Below are positions 39,483 to 53,419 of a stretch of DNA of 64,000 nt, piece by piece. How positions within the stretch are numbered: position 1 is the stretch's first letter; each line of letters begins with the position of its first letter. Source of the DNA: Octopus vulgaris (taxonomy: Eukaryota); the NCBI GenBank assembly GCA_951406725.2, contig OX597815.1:164610001-164674000 (forward strand), read 5' to 3'. Position numbers and translations under genes: made by a program. The notes below the pieces were generated by a model, which had not been told where the DNA came from, ran no database searches, and saw only the letters and a program-made list of their open reading frames with translations.

Positions 39483-39640
39483 TATATATATACACGCGTA
39501 TACATCTGTAAGTACATCCACCCACACACACATACACATGCCGCAGCAGGCACTCCAATATACCCACACCCAGATGATATACATATATATGTGTTTGTGT
39601 GTCTATATCTGTAGACATACTGGCTTGGTTTTGGGTGGAT

Positions 39641-39674
<34 letters not shown>

Positions 39675-39689
39675 CGTTTTGCCTCGTGA

Positions 39690-40170
39690 AAATGTCCGAT
39701 TGCGTTTCGTCCCACCCGTGGTTGTTTTATGATTTTATTCAACCTTTTACATTATCATTGTAAAGTATATTATTTATTCACTTGTTTATTTTTATATTTA
39801 CTTTATTTTTTTTTTTATTCTTTGTAAGCCACTTTATTACTTATATTGAGAAGTGTTTCTCATTATAATCCAAGTTTTTCGTGTATACGAGAAGCGAACG
39901 ACAACTACCAAAATGTATTCAAATCGAAATAAACGAAACGGAGATTAAAAACCAGGTACCTTTTGACAAGTCACCTGACGAGTCACATTTGTATCTACGA
40001 TGCACCACAACTGTTTGTACAGCATCTCACCTGCGAGGCACAGATGCATGACGGGTCGAAACGATCGTAGTGAATAATAAAGAATCTCGTAAATCCCATA
40101 TTTTTTCTCTCATATTTTATAAACACTACGGTGTTGAAAGAATTCCTGAAGTAAATCCAGTGGCATTTAA
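39690..40170 (+). mobile_element. PLE terminal repeat with hammerhead (homolog of 19370-19840)
   Basis: Sequence similarity plus HHR motif; abuts a PLE GIY-YIG relic. Confidence 0.75.
39971..40073 (+). ncRNA. Type I hammerhead motif with long stem II
   Basis: TCAC-CTGACGA-[long stem II]-GAAA-CGATCG-TA-GTGA; palindromic ACGATCGT; base of stem II imperfect. Confidence 0.65.
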
Positions 40171-40189
40171 ATTTATAGTGAGTCCCATG

Positions 40190-41280
40190 CGGATAGAAAA
40201 GCCTTCTAAAGCTGAGATTTATCAGCCAATGAAATCTTTAATCAACATGCTCTTGTTTACGATAACGCCTTGAAACTAAGAGGCTTTAATGATCAAATTT
40301 TTTACATACCTAACACTAAACTTAAAAGAAAATTATAAAATATATCTCCTTACTCTAGCTCTAAAGCTATTTGCGCAAACCCTATATTGGTAAACATAGA
40401 TATAAATAAGCCACCAGGTAATCATATCATACCTAGTAGAATACAACCTAGTAATAAATATAATAAAATAAGTATAAACATCTTAACTCTGAAAAGTCTA
40501 ACATGATTAAACAATCCATTTCTAGAAAACGTGAAATAATATGGTTTGCCCCTACCCCCTTTTTCTCTTTGAATTGGTATACGTTGTTTTTCAAGATCTT
40601 GAAGGCTAATTTTCCAAAGCACCACAAATATTACTCAATTTGTTATAAATCTTCGATAAAATTCTGCTGTTCCGCAATGCTTAATCTAGGAATTATAATA
40701 GTTTCCATAAATAGAAGTAAATATTAATCCGCGTCAACCTTTGCTAGTTACAGATCCTAACAACCCACCCCCAAAAATAACAAAAAAAACCAATAAAACA
40801 AAAAGACAATAATAGGAATGAGAGCAGAACAAGTTTTAAAAAGACATATAACTGTAGAATCCCTGAGTCATGTCCACTTGCCGGTTCATGTCTTGGGGAA
40901 AATGGGGTATATAAGTGTACAGTAAAAGTAGATAACCAAAAAACTATGGTTATAAATGAATCACTGGTGATTATAAGAGGAGATATAGAACCCACTTAAA
41001 TTTCTTTAGTAAAGTTAAGTATGAAAGCTCAACCACTCTCGCCTCATATACACACTACCTAAGAGATAGCAGCACTGATTATACTTTATCCTGGTCCATA
41101 ATTACGGAGGCTCCTCCCCACTTATACTACTAGTTCGAATAGACGCAGATTATGTATAAGGGAATCATGCAATATCCTTTGATCATATTGTTTAAACACA
41201 TTACATAAATTCTCAGATGCGATTCACTCATGTAGGCATAAATTCCGTTCCACCTTTTTGAAAATTTACAGAGCCAAACA
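40190..41280 (+). pseudogene. PLE linker/GIY-YIG relic (same type as 33190)
   Basis: RKREIIWFAP..FPKHHKYY.., YNCRIPESCPLAGSCLGENGVYKCTV, terminal SCRHK. Confidence 0.8.
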
Positions 41281-42418
41281 TATTGGAGTATTGATTTGGA
41301 AGAGGGCCTGCTACTTGAAACCTTTTAGCTTTTAATACTGTGAATATTCCATTGCGCTACGTTTAATTGATTTAATTAGATTTAATTCTCAATAGGTTAA
41401 TGTATTTGTCCCATCATCCCATGTTCTCCGCTCTCTCATTTGCATACGTAAGAATGAAATTTTCTATAAACCTATATATAACCTCTGTAATAACCAAAAA
41501 TTGCCCAAAATGTGATTTTATAATGAGGATACTTTCCCTGGTGAAGGGGACATTGTCCGTATGATTTGTAAAATTTCTATTTATTTTTCTACCAGGACAT
41601 AAACTCTGGAAACCGCCGTTCAAAGTAGATTTCCTTGAATAGTACTATATACCATTAATATATTTAAAAATACAAACAGATTGAATTTTATAGATCTTTC
41701 AAATGGAACGCTTAACCGCTTTTAATTTTAGTATGAAAAAGAAATTTTACCACTTCTCTTTTCCTCACACTTTTTTTCCGTATATATCCTATTTAGATGT
41801 ATTTTTATGCATATTTATATATATTTGTATTTTTTAATTTTTGGAAATATTCCTATATGTCGATTTGTGTTCTTCGATCTGTTATATACGCATAATTCTT
41901 TGTCTGGTGTATTTATATAATTTTTGCTGTATGCGATTATTTCAGCTTGTCTTGATTGTTTCTGCCCTTGTATACATTCATTAAATATTTCCCTGATGCT
42001 TAATACTCTGGCACCTCCAAAATTGAATGGTCTCAATGCTAAATGGCGCGAAGACACTATGATATTTTAGATCATTGACTGACGAGGAAATCAGCTGCGA
42101 ATATTCTGTGTATCGTAATTTTGCCTAAACTTCCCGTCTGTTACGTTTTCGTCTAGTTTTCCGATTGCTCGGCTTTCATCTAATTTTTCTCGTTGTTGTG
42201 TTCATTATAGAAAAAGTCCAATGAAGGGAAGACGGAGAAAGAAAATCGCCAACGATACACACGCGGTCACACATTATAATGACCGGAAGGGAATGGGTGA
42301 AGAAAAAGTTCTTTCTAAGACAGGAGAGTGCAAAAGAAGGTGGTGTGTAGGTATGTGCGTGCACACAGTTCTGTGTCTGTGTGTGTGCAATGATAGCACG
42401 TATATGTGCGTGTGTGTT

Positions 42419-42476
<58 letters not shown>

Positions 42477-42660
42477 TACATACATACATATACATACATA
42501 CATACATACATACATACATACATACATACATACATACATACATACATACATTAACTGTTTGTACAGAGTCATGCTATCACCGCCCCTACCTTGGTGCTTT
42601 CACTATTCAAATACCTGATTCTCTCGAATTCTGGAAATTATATATATATATATATATATA

Positions 42661-45360
42661 GGTGAGAAAGTTGGTGTGTGAAAGCACGTTGTTGGACGTA
42701 TAAAAAATAGAAAAGAATGAAAAAACTACAGAAGACTTGTTTTATAAGGTTAAAGAATATATTTAAGTCGTTATGTTAGAAAAATGTTATAAAATTTTGT
42801 GAACTTAGTAATAAGGAAAAACCAAAGATAATCAACCTTTCAGCCAAACCTCTCTCTAACATAAAAATAGACATCCTCTCAAAAGGGCTCAAATTCACAC
42901 CAACTCCCCGCAGAGCCAACCAAAATGAAGTCAAGGATAATATAACAGAATTCTGCAGGAAATTAAGACTAGCAGAAGCATCAACAGTTTCAATACTGAA
43001 TATGACTCACTAGTTAAAAAAATAGTGAACACATCCCCCACAGAGGAAGAAATAAGGATCTTGACGAGTTCTGCAACCACATTGAGAACTTTCCCTACCA
43101 TACTATACATAAACAGACAGTTAACTCAAATTTTAGCACTGCACGATGGAAGAAACTGATAGAACTTCAAAATTATGAAGATATAACCATTAAGGAAGCA
43201 GACAAAGGAAGTGCAGTTGTAATAATGGACACATTATACTATAGAAATCTAGTAATTTCCTTGCTTGATGACAATGAACATGATGAAAAAATCACCAACT
43301 ACACCCCGCAAAAAATAATGAAGACTCTGTCCTCACTAATTAAAACCCATGGAAAGGAACTGACAACCAAAGAGATTGACTTTCTAACAAACTTTAAATG
43401 CAAACCTTGCCTCTTCTATGGTCTGCCAAAAATACACAAAAGCCAAATTATAAATGAAACCATTAAAAAATCACTAAAGACATACATACACACACCTAAC
43501 CCGGGGAACCTAAAACTACGACCAATTGTAGCTGGCCCAGCCTGTGAAACACACAGATTAAGTCTATTTGTGGACATCCTCCTGAAACCCTTCCTTAAAC
43601 ACATCGATAGTCATATCAGAGATGACTTGGATATGTTAAACCACCTTCTAAAAAAAGTCAAGGAAGAAACAATCATGATTTCATTTGATGTAGTTAATTC
43701 ATATACCAGTATACCTCATAATTATGGACTAGAGGCAATACAGTTCTGGCTGGACCAATTTCTGGAAGAAATACCAAAAAGGATCAGTGAAGAATTCATT
43801 ACTAAATCGGTTGAATTCATCATGCAAAATAACCACTTCATGTTTGACAATACGTTTTACAGTAAAAAATCCGGAATTGCTATGGGTACAAGGGCAGCAC
43901 CAGTCAGTGAGAACCTAACAATGGGCTACCTGGAGATAATTATATACCAGGAATCTTTATCGACCTTTGGAAACTCCCCTTTCTCAATACATAAAAGAGA
44001 ATTGGAAAAGATTCCTGGACGACTGTTTTATACTCTGGAATGAAAACACAGATAAACTCCTAAAATTCAAAAACCTATTGAACAGCGTCAACCCAAATAT
44101 ACAGTTCACAATGGAGTACAACCAAAAGGAGTTTCCATTCTTAGATATACTGATTTAAAAAATTAACCTAAAAATAGAAACAGACATATTTTACAAAACC
44201 ACAGACGCCAAACAATACCTACTTTTTGATTCATGCCACCCAAGACACACTAAAACAAACATCCCTTTCAACCTTGCAAGAAGGATATGCACAATAGTGT
44301 CAGAACAAAATACCAGGAACTTTAGACTACAAGAACTCAAAAACACCCTAATTGACAGACACTACCCAGTTCAACTCATAGAGGATGGGATCAGACGTGC
44401 AACAGAAATCGACAATGAAACTTTGAGAAAAGTTCAACACAACAACACACCTTCCCCGAAAATACTGCCTTACATATCCACATACACCCCAGAAACAAAT
44501 AAGCCTTCACCATCATCACCCAGAATTTACCAATACTTCATAAGGACCCCAAATTAAAGGAAATTCTAAACATGCATAAAATCATTAAAAGCTACAAACA
44601 ACCTAAATCACTAAAAAAGATTCTCACAAAGGCAAAATTGTTTTCTGAAATTACGGATGCAAAAGTAAAAAAATGTGGTAGACCAAACTGCGCAACATGC
44701 CCAAACCTTCTAGAAGGATCAGAATTCCTTTTCAAAGAGGGACAAAAATTCAAAATCAAATCTAATTTTACTTGTGCTTCTGAAAATATAATTTGTCATA
44801 AGATGCTCGGGCTGCCACCAAAACTACGTAGGGTCCACAGGATTATCGCCCAGACGAAGATGCACTCTGCATCGACAACAGATTGCATTCCCAGAATACA
44901 GATTGATACCCTTTAGTGAGCATATTGAGAAATGCGCAAAGCAACTACTACCACAATTTTTAATCTTTCCATTCTATCAATGTGCCATTGGAACACCAAC
45001 ACAAATTAGATTAAACAAGGAAACATTCTTCATTGAAAAATATAAGCCTAAACTTCACCATCCTAACATTCTTATACAGAGAAACTCATCTCATTGAAAA
45101 AATATATATATAAAGCAATTATCTCCCTTATACCGGAAGAAATGCCTAATTACCTCCCCCTTCCTGGAACTCTTATTTGCACTACATAACGAAGACATGA
45201 CACGATGTAGGTAAAGAAATTTGAGAAATTTGAAAAGTTTACACGAAACCGGTTATTTCTCCAAAAACTATGTTACTATACACAAAATTTTATAACATAA
45301 CGACTTAAATATATTCTTTAACCTTATAAAACAAGCCTTCTGTAGTTTTTCACTCTTTTC

Positions 45361-45364
<4 letters not shown>
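42661..45364 (+). mobile_element. Near-complete Neptune-type Penelope-like element (frameshifted) with inverted terminal segment, in (TA)n
   Basis: LSKGLKFTP, KEADKGSAVV, FYGLPKIHK, LRPIVAG, SFDVVNSYTSIP, GIAMGTRAAP, WKRFLDDCF, FLDI, KKCGRPNCATC knuckle and C-terminal GIY-YIG; 42706-42801 is an inverted copy of 45281-45364. Confidence 0.92.
43225..44043 (+). pseudogene. PLE reverse transcriptase, largest open segment
   Basis: 272-aa ORF; continues by frameshift into 43967-44158, 44297-44557, 44572-44916 and 44903-45097. Confidence 0.9.
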
Positions 45365-46551
<1,187 letters not shown>

Positions 46552-46769
46552 AGAAGGGTAGTAATATTATTTACTACCAGGTGCCCAGCACAAAAGACGA
46601 ATTAGTCATAAGACGAAAATATTATTCATATAGAAAAACATTATTCATGTGGTTATACAATTAAAGGCTCCTAAATAAAGATGCCAAGTGCTGGGAACAC
46701 AAAAAGGGGATGAATTTATCGAGAGTGAAAATCAAAAACGTTTACCGATAATTTTAATTTTACCGATAA

Positions 46770-46896
<127 letters not shown>

Positions 46897-46946
46897 GCTG
46901 GCCATTGATAAAATTTTTTTCGAAAAATTTTATCCAACATTAGAAG

Positions 46947-46983
<37 letters not shown>

Positions 46984-47061
46984 ATTTTACAATGGTCCCT
47001 TTATATACTGAATACTTGGTGAAATTGATTAATAATTAATTAATTTTACCCTCAATTGTTG

Positions 47062-47139
<78 letters not shown>

Positions 47140-47340
47140 CAATAATAATTCTCTAAAAGGGATATAGACAGTAACTGCTCGATAACATAAGGGACTAAAG
47201 CCATCTGAATATGGCTAGGGACAGGGCAGGGTGGTGGGGGTGTTACTGTTGCATTTAGCCCCAGGTGAACATCGACGTCACCAGAAAGGCTCGACACCGT
47301 CACGGTGCCCTAAACCTGCAAAGGGAGGTAATTCCCCGAT

Positions 47341-47414
47341 GAAGCGGAAACCACACACGGACCATGGTTTCAAGGTGTATTGCCTATCATCGGCGTGTGG
47401 TAGGCCTCCGCTTC
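47341..47414 (-). ncRNA. Type I hammerhead ribozyme (inverted unit)
   Basis: Reverse complement of 47962-48035. Confidence 0.8.
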
Positions 47415-47961
47415 CTCGACGAATTCTCTCTCTGCAGGATTTTCTTATATAGATTTTCAAGCAAAATACATTTGCTGATTTCGAAAATCTGTTCGAAAGC
47501 AATAATAATTCTCTAAAAGGGATATAGACAGTAACTGCTCGATAACATAAGGGACTAAAGCCATCTGAATATGGCTAGGGACAGGGCAGGGTGGTGGGGG
47601 TGTTACTGTTGCATTTAGCCCCAGGTGAACATCGACGTCACCAGAAAGGCTCGACACCGTCACGGTGTCCGCTTCATCGGGGAATTACCTCCCTTTGCAG
47701 GTTTAGGGCACCGTGACGGTGTCGAGCCTTTCTGGTGACGTCGATGTTCACCTGTGGCTAAATGCAACAGTAACACCCCCACCACCCTGCCCTGTCCCTA
47801 GCCATATTCAGATGGCTTTAGTCCCTTATGTTATCGAGCAGTTACTGTCTATATCCCTTTTAGAGAATTATTATTGCTTTCGAACAGATTTTCGAAATCA
47901 GCAAATGTATTTTGCTTGAAAATCTATATAAGAAAATCCTGCAGAGAGAGAATTCGTCGAG

Positions 47962-48035
47962 GAAGCGGAGGCCTACCACACGCCGATGATAGGCAATACA
48001 CCTTGAAACCATGGTCCGTGTGTGGTTTCCGCTTC
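47962..48035 (+). ncRNA. Extended type I hammerhead ribozyme; predicted cleavage after GUC at 48016
   Basis: CACACG-CCGATGA-tAGG caataca CCTt-GAAA-CCATGG-TC^-CGTGTG; distal stem I GAAGCGGA/TCCGCTTC beyond an internal loop. Confidence 0.82.
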
Positions 48036-48321
48036 ATCGGGGAATTACCTCCCTTTGCAGGTTTAGGGCACCGTGACGGTGTCGAGCCTTTCTGGTGACG
48101 TCGATGTTCACCTGGGGCTAAATGCAACAGTAACACCCCCACCACCCTGCCCTGTCCCTAGCCATATTCAGATGGCTTTAGTCCCTTATGTTATCGAGCA
48201 GTTACTGTCTATATCCCTTTTAGAGAATTATTATTGCTTTCGAACAGATTTTCGAAATCAGCAAATGTATTTTGCTTGAAAATCTATATAAGAAAATCCT
48301 GCAGAGAGAGAATTCGTCGAG

Positions 48322-48395
48322 GAAGCGGAGGCCTACCACACGCCGATGATAGGCAATACACCTTGAAACCATGGTCCGTGTGTGGTTTCCGCTTC
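48322..48395 (+). ncRNA. Extended type I hammerhead ribozyme (unit +360)
   Basis: Identical to 47962-48035. Confidence 0.82.
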
Positions 48396-48681
48396 ATCGG
48401 GGAATTACCTCCCTTTGCAGGTTTAGGGCACCGTGACGGTGTCGAGCCTTTCTGGTGACGTCGATGTTCACCTGGGGCTAAATGCAACAGTAACACCCCC
48501 ACCACCCTGCCCTGTCCCTAGCCATATTCAGATGGCTTTAGTCCCTTATGTTATCGAGCAGTTACTGTCTATATCCCTTTTAGAGAATTATTATTGCTTT
48601 CGAACAGATTTTCGAAATCAGCAAATGTATTTTGCTTGAAAATCTATATAAGAAAATCCTGCAGAGAGAGAATTCGTCGAG

Positions 48682-48755
48682 GAAGCGGAGGCCTACCACA
48701 CGCCGATGATAGGCAATACACCTTGAAACCATGGTCCGTGTGTGGTTTCCGCTTC
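48682..48755 (+). ncRNA. Extended type I hammerhead ribozyme (unit +720)
   Basis: Identical to 47962-48035. Confidence 0.82.
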
Positions 48756-49429
48756 ATCGGGGAATTACCTCCCTTTGCAGGTTTAGGGCACCGTGACGGT
48801 GTCGAGCCTTTCTGGTGACGTCGATGTTCACCTGGGGCTAAATGCAACAGTAACACCCCCACCACCCTGCCCTGTCCCTAGCCATATTCAGATGGCTTTA
48901 GTCCCTTATGTTATATATAAATATATATATATATATTATACTTCTAATGTTGGATAAAATTTTTCGAAAAAAATTTTATCAATGGCCAGCATATTAAAAA
49001 ATACCTTTAAAGGTTAAATTTATAAACAGCTTATAAATAAGGGCAAACGAAAAAAATTTCTAATGCCAAATATGCCGAAACTAGACACATTGTCCATAAC
49101 CATGTAATTTATCACAATAAGCACGTTACTCGAAAAAGGTCGACAGAAATTTCTAAAAAATTCCGTTATTACCATATCGGACCGATACCCATGGGTATGA
49201 GTAAGCATTTCATTTATTTCTTTGCCGCATTTATCTCTGACGAAGGGAAGGTTCTTATGAACTAACCCTGAGTCGGTCCGATAATGGTAATAACGGAATT
49301 TTTTAGAAATTTCTGTCGACCTTTTTCGCGTAACGTGCTTATTGTGATAAATTATATGGTTAGGGACAATATGTCTAGTTTCGACATATTTGGCATTGGA
49401 AATTTTTTTCGTTTACCCTTATTTATAAG

Positions 49430-49491
<62 letters not shown>

Positions 49492-49494
<3 letters not shown>

Positions 49495-49685
49495 TAATCC
49501 AAACGAGAAAACAGAAAAAACAACAACACAAGGAGGTGGAACAATTAAAGTATTATTATTAGGCGCTCAGGTAAAAGGGAAGAAGGAGGGTATGACATTT
49601 CGAGCGGAGCTCTTCGTTGGAAACATAAGAGAAAGAAAGATCCCGAGGCGGGCGAACGGAGGGAAAAAAACGCGACTGGTTTTCA
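49492..49685 (-). mobile_element. PLE terminal-repeat-like copy (family of 28918), mutated HHR core
   Basis: Minus strand GTTTCCAACGAAGAGCTCCGCTCGAAATGTC. Confidence 0.7.
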
Positions 49686-50667
49686 CGAAGTAAACATGCT
49701 GAAAGGCCGGAAGTTTTAGACAACGGGGACAGGTTTTCAAAGACAAGAGAGCGGAAAAAAGGAAGTGAATGGGAAGAAGAATGTGTATATGTGAGTGTGT
49801 ATGTGTGCGTGTGTGTATGTGTGTGTAAGGCGGGTAGCAGGCAGCGGCCGTAACGATGTGCGAGATAAAAAAAATGTGTATATATTAGTGCGTGCGTCTG
49901 TGTGTAAGTGTGTGTACGTAGGGCGAAAGGTGGTCGACGTAGCAGTCGCAGGTCAGTGGTCAGTGGTAAAAGGAGGAAGGAGGGAATGTGTGGGGGCGTA
50001 TGCACGTCCCGTGTGTGTGTTGAGTTGTAGTGTGTGTGTGTCCGTGTGCATAGTTGTATGTATGGCAAGTAAATTTGAAGTGTGTGTAAGTGTATTGTAT
50101 ATATATATGCAAATGTGTGTGTGTAAGTGCGTGGGAGTGAGTGTATGTATGTGTGTGCGTGTGTGTACAAAAAGTAGGGGTATTATATGTGTGTGTATAT
50201 ATAAGCATGCAAGGAAACACACTGCAACTGACGGAAAGATGGAAAAATGCTCCCGCGGTGACAGGATAAGAGAAACCGAAGAAACACGCTGGCCCCAGAT
50301 ACGAACACGAGATCTAGTCGGAACCCACGGGCGTGGTGCATGCATGTATGTATGCGTGCGCGAACGCGCATGTGCATGTATGTGCGCGCGCCTGCGAGTG
50401 TGTGTGTAAGTATGTGTGTGTGTGGATGTGTGAGTGTGTCTGTATGTATGTCTGGGTGTCTATAAATCTTTAGATGTGAGTTCGATCCTCATGGCTGGCT
50501 GCCGACAAATGTTTCTGCTTTAAAAAGAAAAATAGGATTTTATCCTTTATATATATACTATTCAGTATCTATGCGTTGAATAAAATTTATCTTTCTACTT
50601 GTTCTATAATACATTTCAACGTTTCGAAAACAAACTTGTTTGTTTACATACGGCGTATATATACATA

Positions 50668-50699
<32 letters not shown>

Positions 50700-50778
50700 C
50701 ATACATATATGTGTGTGTGTATATATATATATATACATACATATATGTGTGTGTGTGTGTGTATATATATATACATAC

Positions 50779-50823
<45 letters not shown>

Positions 50824-51195
50824 ATGCAAACGGGTAAATACAGAAGAAATTATAAGTAATTGGTATTTCCCAGACTTGTTCCGAAACAAATGATAAAATA
50901 ATTACAATGTCACGTAGATCAGTACTTCTCAAATTATCTGATGCGGCGTACCAGCAGTTTTAGTTTTTTTATTTATTTCTTTTTATATCCAATGTGCTAA
51001 GGACTGGTAACCGGAAACAACTATATATAATGAATATAATATTATTTTTATCTTATATTTATTTTGTAAACAAATAATACAATATTACATAAGCTGATGA
51101 GTCGTTTACCGCAGTGCATTAGGCGAAATTACTGAAATTATGCTATTGTTTTATTTTATAAACATTTTATAATGTTTTTTCTCTGGTACATACAT

Positions 51196-51275
<80 letters not shown>

Positions 51276-51404
51276 GTTAAAGAGGACAACAAAGTCGTGT
51301 GTGTGTATGTATACATACATACATACATACATACATACATACATACATACATACATACATACATACATACATACATACATACATGCATACATACATACAT
51401 ATGG

Positions 51405-51910
51405 AGATTGCACCATTTTCACTGATGATTGCCGTCTCCTTGTACTTTCTCGTTGTCAATAACATTTCTGACTCACCGTACATGACCCCTCAGATGACTA
51501 TTCAGTCCCGCTGTAGATCTAAATGGTTTGAAGTATAGGTGACAAACGGAAGTTGTAACTTGGTGTGCGCTTTCAAGTGGTTAGGTCAGAACACATCACC
51601 ACTTTCTCGCACCACCATGGGATTTTCAGTTGATGGAACGACGAATAAGTTCACCATAAAGAAGCATCTGCGCGTCATTGGAGTATAGTGATAAACGCTT
51701 GTACAACACGAGTACATCTCTCTGAGTTTCCATGATTAGCACCTAGGGACACGCCGGAGCGAGATGAACACAATTAAGTGAAACCACAAGTTTCCCATCA
51801 AATTGTCCCTCTCCTAGGAGGATGCCGTGACAATAGCTAGGGAACTCTCACTCCCGGTGGTTTTACTGCACTTCCTCACACCAACCAAGGATATTTCTGG
51901 GTGTCTGCTA
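51405..51910 (-). pseudogene. Possible degenerate LTR-retrotransposon RT fragment
   Basis: Weak motifs only (IRRS.., [11 protein letters not shown]). Confidence 0.3.
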
Positions 51911-51922
51911 TAGTATATATAT

Positions 51923-52000
<78 letters not shown>

Positions 52001-52003
<3 letters not shown>

Positions 52004-53419
52004 TTGCGGCCAAAATGTTCAGAACGGCATTGTTTTCGCCAGAAAAGTAGATATACGATATTAATTGTTATTGTCTGAGATTTTGGTGTAATTTGAGAGG
52101 ATAATACAAAAGTTATGGATGATTTAGTGATTTACTGCAAAACCTATGGTGGCCAAAATGATCAGAACGGTTGAAAAAATAACAAAATAATCAAAAAGTG
52201 ACAGAGAATGTTGGAATTATTTCATATTTAATGTGAAGCCCTTTAGCTTCAATCAAAGTTTGGCATTTTCGACTGCATGGGGAAATTAAATTTTCAATTT
52301 CTTGCTGGGTGATCTTATTCCATTCTTCCTGAAGGGCATTCCATAATTGCTCGGTTGTTTTAGGATTTCTGGCTTTCAAACTTTCTCCTAGAATATTCCA
52401 CACATTTTCAATAGGATTGAGGTCTGGGCTTTGAGCAGGCCAATCCATAACAATAACCTTTTCAGTCTTGAGGAAGTTCATGACCACCTTAGCCTTGTGA
52501 CATGGGGCATTGTCCTGCATGAATATGGGTGGTCGCTTAGTTGAATTTCTCAGCACAGGCAAGACATGATCTTTTACAAGTTGTTTATAAACTCCTGCAT
52601 TTACCTTTCCATGTAATCGCACCAAAGGGCCCACAATATCTCCAGATATCATCCCCCAAACCATGACACTTCCTCCACCGAATTTAACACTAGTCTTAAG
52701 GCATTTAGGCGACAATTTTTCACCTACTTTTCAACGAACGTACCTTTTCCCATCTGAGCCAAATAACATAAACTTAGATTCATCACTGAAATGCACCGTT
52801 TGCCATTTTTCTTGAGACCACAACACATGTTCGGTTGCAAAGGTAAGACGACAGTTTTTATTTTTTGGAGCTGATCAGTGGCTTCACTGCAGGTGATCTT
52901 GCTTGTAGGTTATGTTCAACTAAACGATGAGACAGTTTTTCGAGATAACGTTTTCTTCAGTACAATGCTCATTTCCCAAGAAACAGCAGCAGCAGTTTTA
53001 AATCTGTCCTTTTTAACCAACTTTACCATAGCACAATCTTCTCTCTTAGTCGTTTTTCTTGGCCTACCTGTAGACTTTCTTGTTTCACACGAACCACAAT
53101 CATCGAAGACCTTAAGAATACCGTGAACAACACTTTTTGACTTGTTAACAATCTTTGCAATAGACCCAAAACTTAAATTATCCTTCTTTCGAAGCTTAAT
53201 AATCTGCTGAAGAATTGGTAACGGAGTAAGTGGCATTATATTAACAACGTACACTGCAGATATTCTTACTAATGTAGTAAACGAACCATCACGTAAACAA
53301 ATTCAAAACATTAGAGTTCGCCGGTTAAATATACTAAAACACGGAGTAAAAGCAACTGTTCTGATCATTTTGGCCGCCATGGGTCGAAAACAATGCCGTT
53401 CTGAACATTTTGGCCGCAA

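Larger units (their letters stand above)
47138..48914 (+). mobile_element. Retrozyme-like element: 360-bp tandem array (~3.5 units +, 47668-48914) preceded by ~1.5 inverted units (47138-47667)
   Basis: Exact 360-bp period; only one substitution noticed (47755); a type I HHR in each full unit; flanked by (TA)n. Confidence 0.85.

Noticed and set aside
47052-48865. Repeated 68-74-aa ORFs in the 360-bp array
   Set aside because: Non-ATG starts and no recognisable motifs; they recur only because the DNA repeats, and RNA structure explains the unit better.
47668-48914. CRISPR array or rDNA/snRNA tandem
   Set aside because: Units are fully identical with no variable spacers or cas genes, and I see no 5S, tRNA, U-snRNA or SL motif.
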